DNA from: Lachnospiraceae bacterium | GTDB lineage: Bacteria; Bacillota; Clostridia; Lachnospirales; Lachnospiraceae | NCBI GenBank assembly: GCA_017412265.1 | Contig: JAFPYK010000211.1 | Span: forward strand, 1 to 29,941 | Length of the DNA stretch: 29,941 bases | Reading direction: 5' to 3' | Part shown: piece by piece, positions 16,191-23,506 of the stretch | Numbering within the stretch: position 1 is the stretch's first letter | Layout: each line of letters begins with the position of its first letter | The notes under the pieces: model-generated | What the model saw: the letters and a program-made list of their open reading frames with translations, nothing else | What the model was told of the DNA's origin: nothing | Databases searched by the model: none | Program-made: the position numbers and the translations under genes

Positions 16191-16907
16191 TTATTTCAGC
16201 CAGTTGTTCGAATCCGCTTTCAGGAAGGCCTTAAAGAGCTCCAGGTCATCCTTCGTCGTCAGCTTGATGTTCCGGTCTGAGCCCGCTGCGAAGTACAGCC
16301 GCTCTCCCAGTTCAACCATCATCGTGTTCGTGTAGGAAGAACCGTAGATGCCGATCTCCTTCTCGAACGCCTCATGATACGCGTCAAAGAGGCGGCGGAA
16401 CCGGTAGGCCTGCGGTGTAGACACACGCCGGATCGTCTCGCGGGGGATATACTGGACTGTGCTGATATCATCGTCCGCCACGAAGATCTGCTCATTGTAA
16501 GGCATGGAGGTCACCGCATTGCCGTACTGCCGGCACTTCACGATTACGTCCGTGAGGACCGTCGCGTCGACCAGCGGGCGGATCCCGTCGTGGATGATAA
16601 CCGTATCGTCATCCGCGCAGATTCCCTCCAGGTTGTAGACACCGTTGCGAATCGATTCCTGGCCGGTCTTCCCTCCGGGAACGATCCATTTCAGCTTATC
16701 GATGTTAAACTGCTTCGCATAGGCCCAGACCACGTCGGCCCAACCCTCGATGCAGACTACCTCGATCGCGTCCACCTGCGGATGCTTCTGGAATCCCTCC
16801 AGTGTGTAGATCAGCACCGGCTTGTCATTGATGGTGATGAACTGCTTGGGAATACTCTGGCCCATTCTGCTGCCGGATCCGCCGGCAATGATAACTGCAA
16901 CTGTCAT
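16191..16907 (-). CDS. IspD/TarI-family cytidylyltransferase (238 aa)
   Basis: IAGGSGSRMGQSIPKQF, GQESIRNG, IHDGIRPLV, STPQAY, NIKLTTKDDL. Confidence 0.9.
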   Translation of the reverse strand: MTVAVIIAGGSGSRMGQSIPKQFITINDKPVLIYTLEGFQKHPQVDAIEVVCIEGWADVVWAYAKQFNIDKLKWIVPGGKTGQESIRNGVYNLEGICADDDTVIIHDGIRPLVDATVLTDVIVKCRQYGNAVTSMPYNEQIFVADDDISTVQYIPRETIRRVSTPQAYRFRRLFDAYHEAFEKEIGIYGSSYTNTMMVELGERLYFAAGSDRNIKLTTKDDLELFKAFLKADSNNWLK

Positions 16908-18142
16908 GTTAGATCTCCTGACTCTCTTAGTATCTTATCCTTGTCTGTGTGTTTGTTTCTGAACTCAATATATATTGCCAGATACAGCAGATAATTCGTT
17001 CTGCTGTCATAGGACACAAATCCGACGTCCAGCACCAGCATCAGCAGGAGCAGGATCACGCAGATCATCGCGTCATCCTCCACCCATCGCCTCTGCTGCC
17101 GGACAGCTCTCGTCAGAAGGAGGAACGGCATGCTGTAATACAGCAGGAATCCGATCAGGCCTCCGTCCGCCAAAAGCTCCATATAGTTGTTGTGAAGATA
17201 ATACTCTCCCTTGTTGAATACCTCTCCGCCGATCATTCTGGCATTGTCCATGCCGATGCCGAGGAGCGGATGCTCCCTCCAGATCTCGACGCCCAGCTCG
17301 ATCAGCTTGACCCGGTTCAGCGTCGAATTATCGATCTTGCCCTCGCCGCTGAAGAAATTCAGGAATGTCTCAAGCCGGCGGATAATGCCCGCGAACATGG
17401 GCATTCTGGAGGCGACCACCAGCGCGACGACGCCCAGGATCAGAATCAGCCCGAACCGCGTCACCCGCTTGAATCGCTTGGGATCCGACGCGTTCTTCAT
17501 CAGGATCAGCAGGCCGGCGCCGGCGACCAGAAGCAGGAACGCCTTGCGGCTCTCGGAAACTGCCAGGACCAGGAACGAAGGAATCAGGAACACGATATAC
17601 CAGCGGATCTTCCGCTCCTTCAGAATCAGGTACACCTGGATGATGATCGCGTAGGCGATGCTCATGCCCAGCGTGTTCGCGTTCATCGCGTCATTGGAGA
17701 TTCGCTGCTTGCCCAGTGCCTCCAGCACATTCTTAACACCATAGAAGAGGAAGGCATAGACCGAGATCAGATATCCGGTCCACATGACGAGCCTGAGGAT
17801 CTTCTCGACCGAAGCCCTGCTCATGCAGACCAGGCTGACCAGCAGTGTCGTGATCAGCACCCACAGCAGGTCCTTCGTCTTGCTGACCGCCAGCCGCGGG
17901 TACAGTGCCCACAGGCTGCTCGCAAAACAGAAAATCATGAAGAGCAGCAGATGGATCAGCGGCAGCGGATAGACAAACAGAATCCGGAAATGCCCGAGCA
18001 TCAGGTACCAGACCAGGGTCAGCACCACCGTTGCCAGGACGAGGATCTTTCCGTGAGGGATGTGGCCTCCGACGAACAGAGAGACGTAGACCATCAGAAG
18101 CAAGCCCCATATTATTCTGTTTTGCTCGATTCTTTCTCTCAT
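16904..18142 (-). CDS. wzy: Wzy polymerase / O-antigen-ligase-family membrane protein (about 412 aa)
   Basis: Multi-TM; NANTLG, SESRKA, a large loop with STLNR, HPLLGIG and HNNYMELLADGGLIG. Start moved to the ATG at 18142 (AAAGG RBS). Confidence 0.8.
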   Translation of the reverse strand: MRERIEQNRIIWGLLLMVYVSLFVGGHIPHGKILVLATVVLTLVWYLMLGHFRILFVYPLPLIHLLLFMIFCFASSLWALYPRLAVSKTKDLLWVLITTLLVSLVCMSRASVEKILRLVMWTGYLISVYAFLFYGVKNVLEALGKQRISNDAMNANTLGMSIAYAIIIQVYLILKERKIRWYIVFLIPSFLVLAVSESRKAFLLLVAGAGLLILMKNASDPKRFKRVTRFGLILILGVVALVVASRMPMFAGIIRRLETFLNFFSGEGKIDNSTLNRVKLIELGVEIWREHPLLGIGMDNARMIGGEVFNKGEYYLHNNYMELLADGGLIGFLLYYSMPFLLLTRAVRQQRRWVEDDAMICVILLLLMLVLDVGFVSYDSRTNYLLYLAIYIEFRNKHTDKDKILRESGDLT

Positions 18143-18195
18143 CGTCTCAACCTTTCTGTCATCCCCGGATCCGGATTGCATCCCGGGAGCCTCCC

Positions 18196-19350
18196 TTAAG
18201 CCTGCTTTGATTCAATCAGGGATACCGCAGTCTCGCAGGCCTTGCCGGTATCGTAGCTGTCCAGTGCGGCATGATGCTTCTTCACACGCTCCCGGTACTC
18301 CTCATCCGAGAAGGTTTCCATCTGGCGCACCAGCTCCTCGTTGGAACGCGCGATCGGGAACGGCCACTGGCTTGTGGGCACATAAAACCCTCTCTCTGCT
18401 TCGTACTGGTCAATATCCGGTGCATAGATGAAGCACGGGCGCATGGTCAGTGAGAAGTCCCACATCAGAGAGGAGTAATCGGTAATCACTGCAGAGCATG
18501 CATAGAGCAGTTCCTGCATGTCCGGGTAGCGCGTACAGTTCACGACATCCATGCCGGGGAACTCCTTGACCCCGATCCGCGGATGAAGGCGGATGCCGAA
18601 TTTCCAGCTGCCGCCGAGGGTTCTCGAGAGCGTCTCGGTGACCTTCTCGTAATCCACGTCGATCAGGCGGGCTTCCTTGCTGTTCGCGAAGCTCGAAGTG
18701 TCGGAGCGGTACGTCGGCGCATAGAGCACCAGCTTCTCGTCCTCCTTAAGCCCCAGGGTCCGGTAGACCTTCTCCCGGATCTCCGGGCGCTCCTTGAAGA
18801 AGATATCATTTCTCGGAAGTCCGGCAGGGATGCACTGCTTCGGGTCAAACATCATCGCAGGCGCCTCATACTTTGTAAATGCGCCGCAGGACGCGAAGAG
18901 GATGTCCGTGTTCGACGCGTTCATCTTATCCTCGGCCCGGCTGTACTTCGTATCCCAGACGTCGATGCCGACCTTCTTGTAGGCGCCGCCGCCGTGCCAG
19001 GTGTTGATGATCTTCTGCTTCCTGCGCTTCGGAAGATACGATACGCCGCCGCAGTTCGTGAAGATCACGCGGCTCGTCAGCACATAGTAGAAGTACTTGA
19101 CCGACATCGGCTTGACCGCGACTGCGTCTGGCGCGGTCTCCGTCCCGGCCTTCACCGGGTAGATTACCTCGTACTTGCCGGGACATTTCTCCCGAAGGTA
19201 CTCATTGATGTATTTCAGACTGTCATTGTAAGTGAATCCCTGTTCGTTAATCAGGGCAATCCGGTTCTTGCGGACCGGGAACACCCAGTACACGTGCAGA
19301 ACCGCGTGCAGAGCTCTCTTAATCGCTAAATGCAGCCATTCCTTGTTCAT
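18196..19350 (-). CDS. TagF/TagB-family CDP-glycerol/alditol phosphotransferase (about 384 aa)
   Basis: NTWHGGGAYKKVG, GLPRND, LYAPTYR, DMQELL, ITDYSSLMWDF. Start at the ATG at 19350 (GAGGTG RBS); the GTG at 19362 is an alternative. Confidence 0.9.
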   Translation of the reverse strand: MNKEWLHLAIKRALHAVLHVYWVFPVRKNRIALINEQGFTYNDSLKYINEYLREKCPGKYEVIYPVKAGTETAPDAVAVKPMSVKYFYYVLTSRVIFTNCGGVSYLPKRRKQKIINTWHGGGAYKKVGIDVWDTKYSRAEDKMNASNTDILFASCGAFTKYEAPAMMFDPKQCIPAGLPRNDIFFKERPEIREKVYRTLGLKEDEKLVLYAPTYRSDTSSFANSKEARLIDVDYEKVTETLSRTLGGSWKFGIRLHPRIGVKEFPGMDVVNCTRYPDMQELLYACSAVITDYSSLMWDFSLTMRPCFIYAPDIDQYEAERGFYVPTSQWPFPIARSNEELVRQMETFSDEEYRERVKKHHAALDSYDTGKACETAVSLIESKQA

Positions 19351-19358
19351 TCGTATTC

Positions 19359-20624
19359 TCACCTCACGGATACTTCGTAGAGTCGCCGGCGTCCCTCAAA
19401 GACCGAGTCGAAGCAGACACGGTCTCCCGCGCGGTTGAAGCGCGGGTGCAGATCGCAGCGCGTATCATTGTCATAAGAGAACGGAGAGAAGACCTCGGCA
19501 ACGGTCCTTAACGGTTCCGTTTCGCTGTCTGCGACCCGCAGATACTGGACCCTCTTCCTGTCCGGATAAGAGTCCGTGACGATCATGCTGCGGTCGGGAT
19601 TGTAGCTCGGATGCCCGTCGCCGTTGATCTCCGGCCAGCAGTGAACGAACTCCTGCGTCCGGTCCTTCATCAGGTAATAGCCGGGGCCGGATTCCTTCTT
19701 GTTCTCGAACGCGAGGATCTCCTCGTTGCTCTTCCAGAAGCAGTGGCTCACCATATCGTCGTCCGAGAGCACATACATCTCCGACCCGTCCGCGTTGCAC
19801 GTCATCAGCCGGGTGTACTTCCGCTCTCCCACGAACCACCGGTACAGCACCATGAACCGCTTGCCGTCCGGGCAGATCATCAGATGATTGACCTTGTGGA
19901 CCGCTCTCGGATCCAGCATCTCTTCTCTCGGCTCAAACGCGGCAAAATCCTTGTACGTGAGGAGGTTTGTCACCTCGCCGGTGTGAAGATCGATCTTCCT
20001 CACCGCCACGGCATCCGGCAGCGCCTCTCCCTTGGTTTTCTCCGGAAGATTGTAATATCCGTAGCCCGGGCGCAGCGAATAAAGCCTGCTGAAATCGAGT
20101 GTCAGCGCGTAGCTTCCGTCCTCACTCACCGAATAGACCGGAGCCGGAATCACTCTCTCGGAGCCGCTCTCGATCTCGTGGATCACGCTCACATACTGCC
20201 CGTTACGAAAATCATTGTAAATGATCCGCGCAGAGCAGTCCGGGCCCAGCCACTGCATCATGCAGCCCTGCTGGACGTTCCAGGTATGCGTCTCGGCGAT
20301 CTTGCGCACCCGCTCCGGCGCGTCCTTCTTCGCCTTCGTATCGATCAGCAGAATGTCCGCAGGCTCCTTCGGGCTGACGTCCTTACGCGTCTCCTTTGCC
20401 CGGAGGCAGAGCACATAGCGGTCGGTCCGGTCCCACGGGGACCGGTCATAATAGCCGAAGAAATACTCCCACGCAGGGTCATTGGGCGAGAGCCGGCTCA
20501 CCTTTCCCTTGCACCGAGGCGGCCTGCTCACCGCGACCATCGCGTGCTGGTAGACGGACTTGACCGCCTTCTTTACTTTGGGAAATCTGTTCAGATAATA
20601 ATTTACTCTTTGCTCAAATCCCAT
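19359..20624 (-). CDS. TolB-like beta-propeller protein of unknown function (421 aa)
   Basis: Repeated H-x-x-[FWY]-x-P-D-G-like blades (NHLMICPDG, SHCFWKS, GHPSYNPD, LHPRFNRAG); GAGGAG RBS; tightly coupled to its neighbours. Confidence 0.7.
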   Translation of the reverse strand: MGFEQRVNYYLNRFPKVKKAVKSVYQHAMVAVSRPPRCKGKVSRLSPNDPAWEYFFGYYDRSPWDRTDRYVLCLRAKETRKDVSPKEPADILLIDTKAKKDAPERVRKIAETHTWNVQQGCMMQWLGPDCSARIIYNDFRNGQYVSVIHEIESGSERVIPAPVYSVSEDGSYALTLDFSRLYSLRPGYGYYNLPEKTKGEALPDAVAVRKIDLHTGEVTNLLTYKDFAAFEPREEMLDPRAVHKVNHLMICPDGKRFMVLYRWFVGERKYTRLMTCNADGSEMYVLSDDDMVSHCFWKSNEEILAFENKKESGPGYYLMKDRTQEFVHCWPEINGDGHPSYNPDRSMIVTDSYPDRKRVQYLRVADSETEPLRTVAEVFSPFSYDNDTRCDLHPRFNRAGDRVCFDSVFEGRRRLYEVSVR

Positions 20625-20629
20625 CGGAA

Positions 20630-21451
20630 TTATCTCCTCAGCAGTTTTTGATAAATGAACTTCTGGAAGCCTACCGGCAGAATGAATGTGCCCAGCTGGG
20701 CGACGGCAACCTTCAGGAAATCAAAGAAGGAGTTAAAGCCGGATCTCCAGGCGTTGTAACGGATCTCAATCAGGATCTTCGTGTTGATCCAGGATTTTCT
20801 CTTCTTGTAGGTCCCCTCGTCAAACCGGAACCGGAACAGCGGCTCCGGCAGGTTGGCACATACGGCTCCCGCGGAAAGCATCCGGATCCACAGGTCCGTG
20901 TCCTGGTTCTTCCGGTAATCCGAATAGCAGCCGACCTTCTCAACCATTGACTTGCGGTACATGACCGTCGGATGGTTGAAGGGATCCCTCGTCTTCGCGA
21001 AACGGTAGATCTCCTCATTCGTCAGGGGGACCCTCCGCTCCCCGACGACATTGTCGATCGTGCCCACGAACTCCTTGACCGGGCAGCCGATAATATCCAG
21101 AGAAGGGTTCTTCTCAAACTCCTCCGCCTGGCGGCGGCACCGCTCCGGCAGCGAATAATCGTCCGAATCCATGCGCGCGATCAGCTCGCAGGAGGCCTGC
21201 TTGATACCTTCGTTCAAGGCGCGGCCCAGTCCGACATTGACCGGCAGAGAGACCTCCTTGATCGGGGCTCCCGCCTGCTTCTTCTCGTCAATGACACGCT
21301 GCAGCTCCTCCGTGACCGGGCCGTCCTTGACCAGGACGATCTCCTTCGCGGGGTAGGTCTGGCTGAACATACTGTCCAGTGCCAGAGAGAAATACGCCGG
21401 ATTGTCTTTTCCGTAGACGGTCATTAATACAGAATATGGTTCCATCGTCAT
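20630..21451 (-). CDS. GT2-family glycosyltransferase (about 273 aa)
   Basis: YSVLMTVY, LVKDG, NVGLGRALNEG, ARMDSDD, FNHPTVM, QDTDLW. The start may instead be 21445. Confidence 0.9.
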   Translation of the reverse strand: MTMEPYSVLMTVYGKDNPAYFSLALDSMFSQTYPAKEIVLVKDGPVTEELQRVIDEKKQAGAPIKEVSLPVNVGLGRALNEGIKQASCELIARMDSDDYSLPERCRRQAEEFEKNPSLDIIGCPVKEFVGTIDNVVGERRVPLTNEEIYRFAKTRDPFNHPTVMYRKSMVEKVGCYSDYRKNQDTDLWIRMLSAGAVCANLPEPLFRFRFDEGTYKKRKSWINTKILIEIRYNAWRSGFNSFFDFLKVAVAQLGTFILPVGFQKFIYQKLLRR

Positions 21452-21466
21452 CTTCCCATCCAATAC

Positions 21467-22156
21467 TCAATGTTTTAATACTGCAAATACAGTCTCAAAC
21501 ATAATCTTCAGGTCTCCGAACGCAGACATCTCCCGGATGCCCTTCAGATTCCACTCCATCTTGCCGGGCAGCACGTCCCGGACATAGACCAGGTCCACGT
21601 CCTCCGCCTCTTTCAGGAGGCGGCTCTCATCCTTGTAGCGGATGCTGGTCTCACTCGTAATGCCGGCCGGCAGCAGCAGCGTCGCCCGGTATTCCGGTTT
21701 ATATTTCTTCACATATTTCACGGCTTCCGGCCTGGTTCCCACGAAGGACATGGTCCCCTGGAGCACGTCGATCAGCTGCGGCAGCTCATCGATCCGCAGA
21801 TGTCTCAGCTTTGCTCCGACCCGGGTGATCCTGGGGTCGCCCCCCACGGTCACGGCCGAGCCGATCTGGTCCGCGTGGTCCACCATCGTCCGGAACTTAT
21901 GAATCTTAAATCGTTTTCCGTACTGGGTCACCCTCTCCTGCCGGTAGAATACCGGTCCGGGAGAATCCAGCTTGATCCAGATCGCGACCGCCGCCATCGG
22001 CAGAGCCAGCAGAACCAGCAGGATCCAGGCAACGGTTACGTCAAATGCACGCTTTAACGTCAGCAGTCCCTGTTTTTTCACAAGGCTGTCATAGTACGGA
22101 CGCACTTCCTCATTCTGCAGAAATGCCGGCAGTTCTTCCCACCTGCGAAGCTTCAT
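21467..22156 (-). CDS. Initiating undecaprenyl-phosphate sugar-1-phosphate transferase (Bac_transf; resembles pneumococcal TacA / Bacteroides WcfS)
   Basis: KRAFD, QERVTQYG, KFRTM, DPRITRVG, DELPQL, MSFVGTRPE, GITS. Start at the ATG at 22156 (GAGGG RBS); 22171 is an alternative. Confidence 0.9.
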   Translation of the reverse strand: MKLRRWEELPAFLQNEEVRPYYDSLVKKQGLLTLKRAFDVTVAWILLVLLALPMAAVAIWIKLDSPGPVFYRQERVTQYGKRFKIHKFRTMVDHADQIGSAVTVGGDPRITRVGAKLRHLRIDELPQLIDVLQGTMSFVGTRPEAVKYVKKYKPEYRATLLLPAGITSETSIRYKDESRLLKEAEDVDLVYVRDVLPGKMEWNLKGIREMSAFGDLKIMFETVFAVLKH

Positions 22157-22172
22157 CGGCTTGACCCTCATT

Positions 22173-23492
22173 TCACAGATATTCCTTCACAACCTCGCTG
22201 AGCACCTCGATGACGTAAGACACATCCTCATCCGAGAGCAATGTGTGCAGCGGCAGGGTGATCAGGTTGTGATAATAGTCATAGGCGTTCGGATAATCCT
22301 TGATATCCGCGCCCAGCGCCTTGTAGGCAGTCATCATGGGCAGCGGCTTGTAATGCACATTCGTGGCTACGCCCTTCGCGGCCATCTTCTCGATGATCTC
22401 GCCGCGCTGCTGCTCCGTGATGCCGGGCACCCGGATCAGGTACAGGTGGCAGCTGCTGTCCATCGTCTCATTGTGGTGAACCAGGTGAGAGATGCCCAGC
22501 GCGTCGCAGGCCGCGTCATATCTGTTCAGAATCCAGGTTCTGCGCGCGAGCAGTCCGGGATAGCGGTCCAGCTGGCGCAGTCCCATCGCCGCCATGATAT
22601 CAGTCATATTGCATTTGTACCAGGGGCCGATGATATCGTACTCCCAGGCACCAAGTTTCGTCTTGGCCAGGGCGTCCTTGTTCTGCCCGTGCAGGGACAG
22701 AAGCTGGTACATGTGATAGATCTCCGCGTTATCAATGCCGGGAATCGGAAGCCACGCCGACGCTCCGCCCTCCGCGGTGGTGAAATTCTTCACCGCGTGG
22801 AAGCTGAAGGATGTAAAATCAGCCATCTGTCCGCAGTTGAGCCGCTTCCCGCCGAACACTCTCGAAGCCCCGAGGCTGTGAGCGCAGTCGGCCACGACAG
22901 CCACCCGGCCCAGAGCCTTCTGGATCCGGGAACCCAGATCCGACAGCACGTCCTCATGGCAGTCCATCGGCGTGAAGAGCGATCTCTTCTCCTCGACGAT
23001 CCGGTTGATCTTCTCGTAGTCGCAGACAATGCCTCCCAGGTCCACGGTGACAATCGCCTTAGTCCGGGGAGTGATCAGTGCGGCCAGCTTCTCGTAGTCC
23101 ATCTCCGGCATATGCGTGTCTGGATCTCCGTCTTTCTGAATATCCGCAAACACAACAACAGCACCGCAATGAATTGCGGCGCTCGCACTAGCCGTATATG
23201 TATATGCGGGAACGATCACTTCGTCCCCCTCCCGCACGCCCAGGATCCGCAGATTCAGTTCCTCTGCGGCCGTGGCGGAATTCAGGCAGACCACCCGGTT
23301 CGCATACCGGGCAGCCCCCTCCTCACTCTCACAGTCCACGTCGTTGCGGCCCGTCTCGATGTAAGCCGCAAGACGTCTCTCCAGCAGCTTGGTCCTCGGT
23401 CCGGTGGTAATCCATCCGGACTTTAACGCTTCGATGACCTCCGCAATCTCATACTCTCCGATATCCGGAGGGCTGAACGGAATTTTTCTCAT
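22173..23492 (-). CDS. DegT/DnrJ/EryC1/StrS PLP aminotransferase (AatB/WcfR-like, 439 aa)
   Basis: IPFSPPDI, SGWITTGP, LNSATAA, DCAHSLG, SFSFHAVKNFTTAEGG (PLP Lys), YKCNMTDI, NVHYKPLP, ITLPLH. Confidence 0.92.
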   Translation of the reverse strand: MRKIPFSPPDIGEYEIAEVIEALKSGWITTGPRTKLLERRLAAYIETGRNDVDCESEEGAARYANRVVCLNSATAAEELNLRILGVREGDEVIVPAYTYTASASAAIHCGAVVVFADIQKDGDPDTHMPEMDYEKLAALITPRTKAIVTVDLGGIVCDYEKINRIVEEKRSLFTPMDCHEDVLSDLGSRIQKALGRVAVVADCAHSLGASRVFGGKRLNCGQMADFTSFSFHAVKNFTTAEGGASAWLPIPGIDNAEIYHMYQLLSLHGQNKDALAKTKLGAWEYDIIGPWYKCNMTDIMAAMGLRQLDRYPGLLARRTWILNRYDAACDALGISHLVHHNETMDSSCHLYLIRVPGITEQQRGEIIEKMAAKGVATNVHYKPLPMMTAYKALGADIKDYPNAYDYYHNLITLPLHTLLSDEDVSYVIEVLSEVVKEYL

Positions 23493-23506
23493 ATTCTCTC
23501 ACCCTT

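Noticed and set aside
16191-16907. MEP-pathway ispD
   Set aside because: The context (SDR partner, TagF/LicD, polysaccharide operon, no ispF) points to CDP-alditol synthesis.
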